From positions 32,001 through 96,000 of the forward strand of contig CAVOID010000003.1 of the NCBI GenBank assembly GCA_963695875.1: a stretch of DNA of 64,000 nucleotides, given 5' to 3'. Every line of letters starts with the position of its first letter. Position 1 is the stretch's first letter. Below the pieces are notes generated by a model that worked only from the letters and a program-made list of their open reading frames with translations, had not been told where the DNA came from and made no database searches. Positions 10,501-20,243 of this stretch are shown here, piece by piece. A program made the position numbers and the translations under genes. The DNA comes from an uncultured delta proteobacterium. GTDB lineage: Bacteria; Desulfobacterota; Syntrophia; Syntrophales; UBA2185.

Positions 10501-11676
10501 CTATACCAGTAATTTTCTGGCCCTCTCCATCTTCTTTGGAATATCAAGACCATTGACGCATCTTGCTACACATAACGAACAGTCAAGGCATACAGCGGCG
10601 GACATAGCAGAAGGGATCTCATTGTACGTAGAACGTGCAAGTTCAGCGCTCTTGTATGCCTCTGCATACATAAGGCAACGGTTGACCGTACTGATCGCCA
10701 CTCCCTTTGGACAGGTCGTTTCGCATTTTCCACAGAGGTGGCAGTAGTAGGGCCGCACAGCGGAGCTGTAATTTTTCAGGATAAGATTGTCCATGAAGCC
10801 AAATTTCATTCCCATTATAGCAATGTCTTCCCTGAGCTCTGCCATGTCTCTCATGCCGGGAATTGCAGCGGTGATATGCTTATTTTGAAGAGCCCATTTT
10901 AGGGCTGCCTGGTGGGGGCTGATCGGACCCAGTGCATCAGTTTCATAACCTCCTGCCTGTGTCTTCATCGCAATGATCCCGATTTTTGCCTGTGCGGCCC
11001 TTGCTATTGCTTCCTTTACATCCGTGTTGCTCTTGAAGTTGTACCCCACAAGGGCCATGTCGAAGAACCTGTCGCGATCGTCTACAAGCGCATTGAGCAC
11101 GTCTGCCTGATTTGTGTGTGAGGTCACCCCGAAGAAACGCACCTTCCCCTGCTCTTTCAGTTTTATAAGGGCTTCTCGAGTCTCCGGGATGAATACACGG
11201 TCCTTGCTTGTCAGATTATGCATCTGGATTACATCAATATAATCGGTCCCGAGTGCCCTGAGACTTGTTTCAACATCATCGAATATATCCTCTTTCGACT
11301 TCGAGGAGGGTTTTATCTTCGTCGCTACATACACCTTATCACGCTTGCCTTTTAATGCCCTTCCGACAATTTCTTCGTTCTTGCCGCCCATGTATCGCCG
11401 CGCAGTGTCGACGTAGTTGACACCATGATCGAAGGCGATCCTCATCACCTCTGCCTCCGGCGTCAGCATTGCCCCAAAGCTCACGATCGTGATCTTCAGT
11501 CCTGTTCTGCCAAGGGTTCTGTAGACGGGCGAGGGAAAGACGAAAGAGTCCGATGATGCATAGTCCATTGCATTGGCAAGGCCTTCCCACCCGAGCAGCG
11601 CCGATGTCGTCCCTGCCAGCCCAACCTTCAAGAAATCTCTTCTTTTCATTCCGGAATATCCTTTTCTTCTGTACAT
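10501..11676 (-). CDS. Tat-exported aldo/keto reductase with C-terminal Fe-S domain
   Basis: KRRDFLK twin-arginine motif, YRTLGRTG, DTARRY, ATK, C-terminal CHLCGKCETTCP and CLDCSLCVARC. Confidence 0.9.
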   Translation of the reverse strand: MYRRKGYSGMKRRDFLKVGLAGTTSALLGWEGLANAMDYASSDSFVFPSPVYRTLGRTGLKITIVSFGAMLTPEAEVMRIAFDHGVNYVDTARRYMGGKNEEIVGRALKGKRDKVYVATKIKPSSKSKEDIFDDVETSLRALGTDYIDVIQMHNLTSKDRVFIPETREALIKLKEQGKVRFFGVTSHTNQADVLNALVDDRDRFFDMALVGYNFKSNTDVKEAIARAAQAKIGIIAMKTQAGGYETDALGPISPHQAALKWALQNKHITAAIPGMRDMAELREDIAIMGMKFGFMDNLILKNYSSAVRPYYCHLCGKCETTCPKGVAISTVNRCLMYAEAYKSAELARSTYNEIPSAMSAAVCLDCSLCVARCVNGLDIPKKMERARKLLV

Positions 11677-11710
11677 GGCGTCCTTCCTGTGATTCAGTAA
11701 ATCGTAGTAA

Positions 11711-12181
11711 TCACTTATTTAACTTCAGTACGTCCAGAATTTCTCCGATATCGGGTAACTGCTTGATGGGGTAAACCTTGACGAATATGACCTTCCCTGC
11801 CTCATTGACAATCACATTGGCCCTCTCCGAGAACCCTTCCGAGCGCAGGAGACCCATAGATTTAGCGACATCTCCGTGAGGCCAAAAATCAGCTAAAATT
11901 TTTGTCTTTTTGATCTTCAGGCTTTTGGCCCATGCTGCCTTGCAGGGTACACTGTCCACGCTCAAGCCAACCGCCACAGTGTTTAGTTTATCAAAGGACC
12001 TTATATTCTTTTCCAGAGCCTGCATCTGCAGGGCACAGATCGATGTCCAGGCCAGGGGATGAAATGACAAGAGCACTTTCTCACCCCTATATTCTGACAG
12101 CTGGAAATCCTGACCGTTCTGATCCTTCAATATAAAGTCGTTTACCTTCTTACCTGTTTGTATCAATATCTTTTTCTTCAT
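11711..12181 (-). CDS. Peroxiredoxin (AhpE-like redoxin)
   Basis: FHPLAWTSIC peroxidatic motif, SVDS, DFWPHG, ERAN. Confidence 0.88.
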   Translation of the reverse strand: MKKKILIQTGKKVNDFILKDQNGQDFQLSEYRGEKVLLSFHPLAWTSICALQMQALEKNIRSFDKLNTVAVGLSVDSVPCKAAWAKSLKIKKTKILADFWPHGDVAKSMGLLRSEGFSERANVIVNEAGKVIFVKVYPIKQLPDIGEILDVLKLNK

Positions 12182-12214
12182 AATAAAACCTCCATTCTTT
12201 TTTCAAGGTTTAAG

Positions 12215-13385
12215 TTATGGAACATATGGCGTCTTTAGATAATTCCTTGCCTCTACCTGAGCAGCACCTTCTCCACCTTCTACTTCCAGGGCATTGCAAT
12301 AGTATTCCTCAGCACGCTCCCTTTCTTTATAAGCATCCTTGAATCATTCCCAGACGCACAAAAGACCAGGCCCTAACCCGGGCGTTATAAGGGGATGTGT
12401 CCTTCAGAGCACTGAGGAAATATTCCGTTGCTTTTGCATATTCGCCCTTGCTGAAAAAAATCCTCCCCATTAATTGATCATAACGGGGCTGGAGTTGAGG
12501 GACAAAAGGAGGAGTGCCTGCCTGGATACCTTTTTCGATCCCTCGTGCTATGGCAAAAGCCTCTTCGAATCGATGCAGATCGGAAAGAGTATTGGCCAGC
12601 TGAAATGAAAAATTATAATTGCGGGGAAACTTCATCTTTAATTCCCTCGCAATGGGCAGAGCCCGGGCAGGTTGTTTTTCGAAATTGGTGTAAACCGAGG
12701 CGAGTTCAGCTTGCGCAAGTTCTCTCAGAAGATCTCCCTTTTGAGCAGCCAATTCCAACTCCTGGAGTCCTTTCTGGTGGTCCCCGGGAGTGATCATCCA
12801 GGAAGAAAAGACGCGGGTCAAACCCGAGAGATGATCGAGATGGTAATGGAGCAGGCCCATGGGAAAATTAATGTCATACCTTTGCGGATCTTCCTCCTTC
12901 CCTTTTTCCAGATAATCCCAAACATTCGAGGTCTCCTGCGCAATAACAACGTACTTTTTTTGGGAGATTGCCCAGCGAATTTTAGCTATTTTTGCCAGGG
13001 CCATGGCAAAGTAAGCCTGGCTATCTTTAGAATCCTTCTTTATCCTTTTCTCCCCTTTGCCTAAGGTTTCACTGACGTACCGAAGCATAGCCTCTTGATT
13101 TTTTTCCCGGTCCTTTGGTTCAAAGCTCATCTCATAGAAAAATAGATGAGCCAATGCCAGGAAGGCATATCCGGTCGGGTCATCACGGTCCAGCTCCACA
13201 GCTTTTTGAAAGTAGGTGTTTGCACTCTGAGTTTCCAGGTCAAAAGTTTTTTCAATTCCCTGCCTGAGATAGGAATGGAGTTGGGTAGGCCGCAATTGAG
13301 CAGCCTCCATGTCAGTTGCAATAAGGGAGATTTGGAAAAGTATACAAAGGGTGAGGATAAAGATTATAAGCCCTTTTTTCTTCAT
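12215..13385 (-). CDS. Exported TPR protein (frameshift at ~12340)
   Basis: Signal-like MKKKGLIIFILTLCIL and TPR helices; the frame continues DAYKERERAEEYYCNALEVEGG...TPYVP* to 12215. Confidence 0.75.
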
Positions 13386-13554
13386 AAGCTTAACCTCAGA
13401 AGGCTGATTTCTCTTTCTTCTGCAATGATCTGCCACTTTTGTTTGGCTTGAAGTAAAATCTTTTTTGACACTAGCAGTTAAACTCATATTCTATTTCGAA
13501 CCTATTTATATCTTGAAATGAAACTGAAACCGGAATGCCGGAATGATTGTTAAT

Positions 13555-15249
13555 TTACAATTTTCCCGAACGAAAAATGGATATCAATAGCCAGACACCC
13601 AAGACACCGGCAATGGTATATCCTACAAGGCCAAGCATGGAAAAACCGAAAAGATGAGGGCCCAGGTTTGTCGTTATAATGAGAGATGATCCGATAATGA
13701 TAGAGGCTATAATCAGGGAAAAGGCAATCCTGTTTGATGACCGGTCCATTTCAAAGATAAAATTTTCAAGCCCCCGATGTTCAAACCGTATTCGCGATTT
13801 TCCTTGTTTAATCTGCGTCAGGATATCGTGCAAATCTTCAGGAATTGACTTCAGGAGTTGAACAAGCGCGCCGCCGGATTCAATAAAATCGCCGAGTAAC
13901 CTTTTGGGGTGCATCTTCTCCATCTGCAGTCGTTTGATGAAGGGTGCCACCCTTTCCGTCATATCGAAATCAGGGTCCATCAAAAGGCCCACTCCTTCAA
14001 CCTCTGTCAGGGCTTTGACCATAAGGAAAATATCGGGTGGCAGCCGCAATCGATGGCGGACAAATAGTCCTAAGAATTCCTGGAGAAGATACCCCATGCG
14101 TATTTCCTTTAGAGGTTTGTAGAGATGCAACTCCATGAAACTGGCAATGTCCCTTTCGAGTGCATGGCGATCCGGTTCGTTCTCCCACTCTACAATTTTA
14201 AGAGTCGCAGTCGCGATCTTTGATTCATCACGGAGGACATATCCATAAAGAATGGTCGCAAAGTTGTGTCTTGATTTTTGGTCGACATGCCCCATCATGC
14301 CGAAATCAAGGTAACAGATGACGTTGCCAGGCAGAACACAAACATTTCCCGGATGTGGGTCGGCATGGAAAAAACCGTTCACGAAGATCTGCTCGAGCAT
14401 CAGATCTGCTCCGCGGGAAGCAATAGTCTTCCGATCAAATCCTCTCTGATCCAATGACGTAATGTCTGATACCTTGATCCCCTCGACATATTCCATTGTC
14501 AGGACATGTTCCGTTGTCAACTGTCTGAATATTCTGGGGACGTAGATATTTTCGTTGCCCAGAAACTGCCTGGCGAAGCGTTCCACGTACGATGCCTCAA
14601 TATTGAAGTTGATTTCCTTCTCCAGAGTAACGGCAAATTCTTCAACGATTCTTGTGGGCCGATATATCTCCAGTTCTTCAATGTACTTTTCAGCCAGCGC
14701 AGCCAGGTGAAACATGATTTCCAGATCCACGTCTATGATTTTTCGCATACCCGGACGCTGCACTTTGACAATTACCTCTTCACCTGTCTTCAGCTGCGCC
14801 CGGTGAACTTGCGCAATAGATGCTGCTGCCAGGGGCGACTCATGAAAGTGGAGAAAAGTATCGGTGAGAGAGGCGCGCAATTCACGCTCCACAATCTCTT
14901 TCACCTGAGAGAAGGGAAACGGAGGGACATTATCCTGCAGTTTTTCTAGCTCCCGGATAAATTCAACGGGGATGAGGTCGGGACGGGTAGAGAGGATCTG
15001 ACCCATTTTGATGAACGTGGGGCCCAATTCCTCAAATGTCATGCGGAGACGTTCATATCTACTCAGAACATCAAATCGCTCGCGTGGCTTGCGGGAAATC
15101 ATGCGGATGCCGATATCCAGGTACTGGCCTAGATGGAGTCTGTCGATAAGGCTCTCAAATCCGTATCTGAACAATACGGCAAGTATCTGACGATATCGGC
15201 TGATGTTACGGTATGTCCGCGAGACAATACCAATCTTATGGATACGCAT
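13555..15249 (-). CDS. UbiB/ABC1/AarF family atypical kinase
   Basis: LGPTFIKMGQ, AAASIAQVH, KVQRP, FHADPHPGN, DFGM, two C-terminal TM helices. Confidence 0.93.
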   Translation of the reverse strand: MRIHKIGIVSRTYRNISRYRQILAVLFRYGFESLIDRLHLGQYLDIGIRMISRKPRERFDVLSRYERLRMTFEELGPTFIKMGQILSTRPDLIPVEFIRELEKLQDNVPPFPFSQVKEIVERELRASLTDTFLHFHESPLAAASIAQVHRAQLKTGEEVIVKVQRPGMRKIIDVDLEIMFHLAALAEKYIEELEIYRPTRIVEEFAVTLEKEINFNIEASYVERFARQFLGNENIYVPRIFRQLTTEHVLTMEYVEGIKVSDITSLDQRGFDRKTIASRGADLMLEQIFVNGFFHADPHPGNVCVLPGNVICYLDFGMMGHVDQKSRHNFATILYGYVLRDESKIATATLKIVEWENEPDRHALERDIASFMELHLYKPLKEIRMGYLLQEFLGLFVRHRLRLPPDIFLMVKALTEVEGVGLLMDPDFDMTERVAPFIKRLQMEKMHPKRLLGDFIESGGALVQLLKSIPEDLHDILTQIKQGKSRIRFEHRGLENFIFEMDRSSNRIAFSLIIASIIIGSSLIITTNLGPHLFGFSMLGLVGYTIAGVLGVWLLISIFRSGKL

Positions 15250-15267
15250 TAATTATTCCTTGGACCC

Positions 15268-15555
15268 TCAAGGTTTTTCCAACCGTTCCAGTCTTTCCTT
15301 TATTTCATCAAGTTCTTTTCGCGTGGGGATATTCATTCGATTCAGGAAACCGGTAATTATTTTTTCCACTTTTTCTTCCAAATCTTTTCTAGCCTGTTTC
15401 GATTTTTCTACAAATTCATTAACGGCCTCACGCGCCTCTTTCTCTGTCATCTCTCCTTTTTTCACGAGATCATCCATCATTTCCTGGATTTTTTCTGTTG
15501 TAATAATAGCCAATCCTGCACCGGCCAATGTCATTTTCCTGATATAATCAAGCAT
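15268..15555 (-). CDS. Phasin-family / PHA granule-associated-like protein
   Basis: LAGAGLA, LVKKGEMT, PTRKELDEIKERLERLE; typical partner upstream of UbiB kinases. Confidence 0.8.
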   Translation of the reverse strand: MLDYIRKMTLAGAGLAIITTEKIQEMMDDLVKKGEMTEKEAREAVNEFVEKSKQARKDLEEKVEKIITGFLNRMNIPTRKELDEIKERLERLEKP

Positions 15556-15721
15556 TACGATCCCTCCTCTGCATTTTATTTATTTAATTTTAATTTTTAT
15601 ACAAGGAAATGTCAACATATTGGTTATTTCTCTGTTTTTTACATATGACATTTGCGCTCTACCGTCGTATATGATAGAAAGCAGGCTGGATAAATCAGGG
15701 CGATAATCACAAGGTATAAAT

Positions 15722-17914
15722 ATGAAAGCCAGCGAGATGATCGGGAAGGCAAGGGCTGAAGGAAGAACTGCACTGACGGAGGCGGAATCAAAACAACTTT
15801 TAAGGCATTTCGGCGTGCCCGTGGTTGATGAACTTGTAGCATATAGTATTGACGAGGTTATTTCACAGGCCGAAGCTGCTGGTTTTCCAGTGGTCATGAA
15901 AGGCCTGGGTACCCGGCTGACACACAAGACAGAACGCGGGCTTGTAAGGCTGAATTTGAAAAGCGCTGACGAAGTCCAAAAAGCCGCAATAGAGATTGTC
16001 GAAGCTGCAGGCGATGACCTTGAAGGATTTCTCGTATACCATATGGTTGAGGGCAGACGAGAATTCATGGCCGGGCTATTTCATGATGACCAATTCGGGC
16101 CTGTTATAATGTTTGGTCTGGGTGGTATTTTTGCTGAGGCATTGAGTGATGTAGTATTTCGAATTACACCACTTGATGAATCACATGCTTACGATATGAT
16201 AAATCAAATTCGAGCGATCGACTTACTGGGAAAGTTCCGTGGCGAGCAGGCAGTTAGGACTGAGCAGATAATCCAGACCCTTGTTGGTCTATCCCGGCTA
16301 GGTATTGAGCATCCGGAAGTGAAAGAGGTCGATGTCAATCCACTTCTCGCCGGTCCTGATGGATGGGTGACTGCCGTGGATGCACTCGTCATTCTCAATG
16401 ATGCGCCTTTGAAAAAATCTGTCCGGAAACCCATAGACCCGGCAGCGATACGAACCATCTTCCACCCTCGTTCGATAGCAATCATCGGTGCATCTTCCAC
16501 ATTCGGCAAATGGGGATACACGCTGTTCATCAATGTTGCTGCAGGAAATTTCAAAGGGGAGATTTATCTGGTCAATCCTAGTGGTGGTGAGATTGCAGGA
16601 AGGCCTGTATACAAATCTATGGCAGATATTCCCGGTCCTGTAGACCTTGCTGTCATAACAGTCCCCGCAACTAAGGTCATCGATCTGATACCTCAACTCA
16701 AGGCAAAGAATATTAAAAGTGTAATTTTAGTCACTTCAGGTTTCAGTGAGACGGGGAAAAAAGGGATGCGTTTAGAGGAACAATTGGTAGAAGAAGCGCG
16801 TGAGGCTGGCATTACTATTCTCGGACCGAATACAATGGGTATATGTAACCCACATGTAAATTTATTCTGCTTGTATCAGAACTCACAGCCAAAGTCCGGC
16901 TCAACGACATTAGTCGCCCAATCAGGTAATCTGGGAACACAGCTTCTAGCATTTGCCGAAAGTGAGGGTATCGGCATACGGGCGTTCATAGGGTCCGGAA
17001 ATGAAGCGATGATAACTATTGAAAATTACATGGAATTTGTTGAATTTGATGACTTGACAAAAACGGTAGTCTTATACATAGAGAGCATAAAAGACGGCCG
17101 GCGCTTCTTTGAGACAACCAGGAGGGTAGCCCGCAAAAAACCTGTTATTATGCTTAAAGGGGGACGCACCAGCGCAGGAGACCGCGCTGCCACCAGCCAT
17201 ACAGGTGCCATGGCTTCCGATATCAAAGTCTTCGCTGCAGCATGCCGTCAGGCGGGAGTTGTCATTGGAGAGACTTCCATGGAACTCCTTGACCTCTCAG
17301 CTGCATTTTCTTCGTTGCCGTTGCCCGAGGGCAGAAGGATTGCCATCATGACTTTGGGTGGAGGCTGGGGGGTCATTACAGCCGATCTGTGCATTGAACA
17401 TGGGCTGGAAGTCCCTGAACTTTCGGCGAATATATTATCGAAGATCGATCAAGTCCTTCCTCCATACTGGAGCCGCTCCAATCCAGTTGACCTTGTTGCG
17501 GAAATGGATCTCTCTGTTCCGGTGATGCTGATTGAAGAATTAGTGAAGTGGGATGGGTGCGATGCGGTTATTCATCTCGGTATTCTTGGACGGCAGCTAT
17601 TTGTTAAGAGGATGATTGAATCCTCTCTCAAGGTTGATCAGACCTCTGACCGTAAGTTATTTGAAAAAATTCCCCGTCGGTTGGCGGAGTTCGAAATCAG
17701 TTATAATGAACATGTGGTACGTTTGATGGAAAAGTATGGAAAACCGATATTAGGGGTCTGCCTCCTTTCTGACGAGAATACCCGCACTATTGCAGAGATC
17801 GAGGGGAGTCCTTATAAAGGGGTGGCCTTCCTCACACCCGAGCGGGCTGTAAAGGCGCTTGCCGGCATGTATTCGTACAAACGCTGGCTGGCTCTTGAGG
17901 GGATTTCATCATAG
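15722..17914 (+). CDS. ADP-forming acetate/acyl-CoA ligase, beta-alpha fusion
   Basis: N-terminal ATP-grasp (HKTERG, DDQFGPVIMFGLGG, DVNPL), then CoA-binding domain (PRSIAIIGAS, GFSE, GPNTMG, QSG, SHTGA). Confidence 0.92.
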   Translation: MKASEMIGKARAEGRTALTEAESKQLLRHFGVPVVDELVAYSIDEVISQAEAAGFPVVMKGLGTRLTHKTERGLVRLNLKSADEVQKAAIEIVEAAGDDLEGFLVYHMVEGRREFMAGLFHDDQFGPVIMFGLGGIFAEALSDVVFRITPLDESHAYDMINQIRAIDLLGKFRGEQAVRTEQIIQTLVGLSRLGIEHPEVKEVDVNPLLAGPDGWVTAVDALVILNDAPLKKSVRKPIDPAAIRTIFHPRSIAIIGASSTFGKWGYTLFINVAAGNFKGEIYLVNPSGGEIAGRPVYKSMADIPGPVDLAVITVPATKVIDLIPQLKAKNIKSVILVTSGFSETGKKGMRLEEQLVEEAREAGITILGPNTMGICNPHVNLFCLYQNSQPKSGSTTLVAQSGNLGTQLLAFAESEGIGIRAFIGSGNEAMITIENYMEFVEFDDLTKTVVLYIESIKDGRRFFETTRRVARKKPVIMLKGGRTSAGDRAATSHTGAMASDIKVFAAACRQAGVVIGETSMELLDLSAAFSSLPLPEGRRIAIMTLGGGWGVITADLCIEHGLEVPELSANILSKIDQVLPPYWSRSNPVDLVAEMDLSVPVMLIEELVKWDGCDAVIHLGILGRQLFVKRMIESSLKVDQTSDRKLFEKIPRRLAEFEISYNEHVVRLMEKYGKPILGVCLLSDENTRTIAEIEGSPYKGVAFLTPERAVKALAGMYSYKRWLALEGISS

Positions 17915-17982
17915 GATTTTAGTCGAACCCGTCTTCATCCCCCAGCACGTCATCAGGCCGTGTCTTCTATTGCGAACAGACG

Positions 17983-18429
17983 TCAGACCTTCTTGCGATC
18001 TTCCACCCGTATTTCCATCACGATCCGTCCCCATCCTTCGCATGCTACACCGACGTCAAAGCATCCTGACCGTTTGAATCTCATTTCATTAGGATCGGCA
18101 GCAGCATAAAGAAACTCTTGTGCCGTGAAAATCTGAGGCACAATCGCATTCAATGCATAAACACATATCCTCTTGGGAGATTGTGCCGTTAGCAGATTTC
18201 CGGCGCTGTCAAAATAGAACTTATCGCCGACCTTGTGCTGAGAGTTGCAGCCATGCGCGTCTACTACTTCTGCAATGATTGTCTTATTCATCAGCTCGGG
18301 CACCCTGGATAAGATATCTTCATTACGCGGGTTTGCCCGAAATTTCTTCATTTCCTCAGCGTTATAGCCCAAACGGTTTTGTATTATCTGCCACTTTTGG
18401 TTCTCCCAGATTGTATCCTTGTTATTCAT
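17983..18429 (-). CDS. Hypothetical Cys-containing protein, TIGR04076-like
   Basis: GCNSQHKVGDKF, RICVYAL, GCFDVGVACEGWG; GGAGG RBS before ATG 18429. Confidence 0.6.
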   Translation of the reverse strand: MNNKDTIWENQKWQIIQNRLGYNAEEMKKFRANPRNEDILSRVPELMNKTIIAEVVDAHGCNSQHKVGDKFYFDSAGNLLTAQSPKRICVYALNAIVPQIFTAQEFLYAAADPNEMRFKRSGCFDVGVACEGWGRIVMEIRVEDRKKV

Positions 18430-18465
18430 AAGCGCCTCCATAGTCCATCTTTCTAAGTTATATTT

Positions 18466-18884
18466 CTATCTTCTCTCCCACGATTCAATATCACCTTCAA
18501 CTACCTTGAAGAGCGGGTGAGCTTTCGGCTTCTTAACTGTGCGAATCTTTCGATATCCCGACAAGTCGCGTGATTTCAATTTCGTCTTGAGGTGATTCAA
18601 TTCATATTTGAGTTGCCCGTCTGTAACTGGAATTCTTAAACAACGATGCTTTGGGCCAAGTTTGCCAGCATAAAAATGATAGCCGCGCCTGACGGCTTCT
18701 GAGTAGACGTACCATAGATAGCAATCAATGGCTGCGAATTAGCTCTAAATCTATCCAATTGGGGATGGTGCTTGTAACCTTTGGTCTGGTGCAGGAGAAC
18801 TTTCCGGGCAAGCAAACCTTCTCGCCAGAGAGACAGAAGCCCCTTAGCATCAAGGTACCCTGGATGTAAACACCACAATCGCAC
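18466..18884 (-). CDS. Pyrimidine-dimer DNA glycosylase / endonuclease V-like protein (frameshift at ~18725)
   Basis: MRLWCLHPGYLDAKGLLSLWREGLLA and GYKHHPQLDRF; second frame IDCYLWYVYSEAVRRGYHF...HPLFKVVEGDIESWER*. Confidence 0.85.
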
Positions 18885-19186
18885 AGACTATAGTTCCACC
18901 GTCGTTCCCATATACATCTATGCCTGCTTCCCAGTTTTACGGGCGATGACGACCTTGATTATCATGGCACAGTATCTAAAATAATAATTCTTAATTTATG
19001 TTTATCCACGAACTTTAAAATACTATCTTTTTAGAATATTACAAGCTTTTTCATAAGTTGCATCGTCGTCGTTGCGTACGTACCTATAAACACAAAAAGA
19101 CCCTTGCCATAGAAGGCGGAGCGTTGTATTTAGCAGTTTCTTTTTTGTTTGGACGGCTATTGTAATCATCATAGATAAATGAGTGT

Positions 19187-19245
19187 TCATTCCTGCGAAG
19201 AGTCGATCCAATAAAAGCCCCGGATCCTCGCCTCCGCGGGAATGG
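19187..19245. repeat. Degenerate REP-like inverted repeat
   Basis: TCATTCCTGCGAAG ... CTCCGCGGGAATGGA imperfect inverted arms in the intergenic region upstream of fabD. Confidence 0.4.
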
Positions 19246-19298
19246 ATTCTTGACCGCGGGGGGAAGAACAACTGGAAGCATGGGAGAATTTGTTCATT

Positions 19299-20243
19299 AT
19301 GGAGAAGGATAGGGCTGCTGTTGTATTTCCGGGTCAGGGGGCGCAACGACCCGGAATGGGAAAAGATTTCTATGACAATGTTCCTGCAAGCCGCGAAGTT
19401 TACGAAGAGGCTTCGCAAGCGTTGGGGTGGGATATTGCCGCCATGTGTTTCGGGGATGATGAACGCCTCAACCTGACGGAGTTCACCCAGCCATGCATTC
19501 TGACGACGGAATTTGCCATGCTCCGCGCCATGCAGACCCTTTTCGGATTTTTACCGGTACTCTTCGGCGGTCACAGCCTTGGTGAATTTACCGCCCTAGT
19601 TGCTGCTGGTGCCCTTCCCCTATCCGAGGCAGTACAGATCGTCCAGATTCGTGGTCGGTTGATGCAGGAGGCCGTCCCAGTCGGCATCGGGGCTATGGCG
19701 GCGGTTATTTCCGATAATATAGATATAGAATTAGTCTGCCTGGCATTGAAGGATCTCCCAATTGACGTTGCGAATATCAATTCGGCCAATCAGGTAGTGA
19801 TAAGTGGTGAGGCCGGGGCAATGCCAGAGGCAGAGACCAGACTTCAGGAGGGACTAGCTAAGAATGGACCGTTTCGTTTTATACTGCTCAACGTAAGCGC
19901 GCCTTTCCATAGTCGTTTCATGAGTACAATCGTAGAGCCGTTTGGAGATACGCTACGGACGGTCGGGAAGAAAATGGATCACGAAAGGTCAATAACGGTA
20001 ACCTCTAATTTCAGGGGAGGATTTCATTCCGGCCTTTACGAAGACCTTATTAACAACCTAGTGTCCCAGTTGAATCACTCCGTCCTTTGGGTAAATAATA
20101 TGAAGAGCCTTGCTTCTCCGACGAGTGCTATTTACGAGGTTGGCCCTGGTCGCCCTCTGCGCGACTTTTTCAAGACAATCAACGTAAGCTGTACATCGAT
20201 TACAACTCTCTCAACGGCTGAGCGAACATTTATAAAACCATGA
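19299..20243 (+). CDS. fabD: Malonyl-CoA:ACP transacylase
   Basis: VFPGQG, TQP, GHSLGE, RGRLMQ, NINS..QVVISG, VSAPFHS, EVGPG. Confidence 0.93.
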   Translation: MEKDRAAVVFPGQGAQRPGMGKDFYDNVPASREVYEEASQALGWDIAAMCFGDDERLNLTEFTQPCILTTEFAMLRAMQTLFGFLPVLFGGHSLGEFTALVAAGALPLSEAVQIVQIRGRLMQEAVPVGIGAMAAVISDNIDIELVCLALKDLPIDVANINSANQVVISGEAGAMPEAETRLQEGLAKNGPFRFILLNVSAPFHSRFMSTIVEPFGDTLRTVGKKMDHERSITVTSNFRGGFHSGLYEDLINNLVSQLNHSVLWVNNMKSLASPTSAIYEVGPGRPLRDFFKTINVSCTSITTLSTAERTFIKP

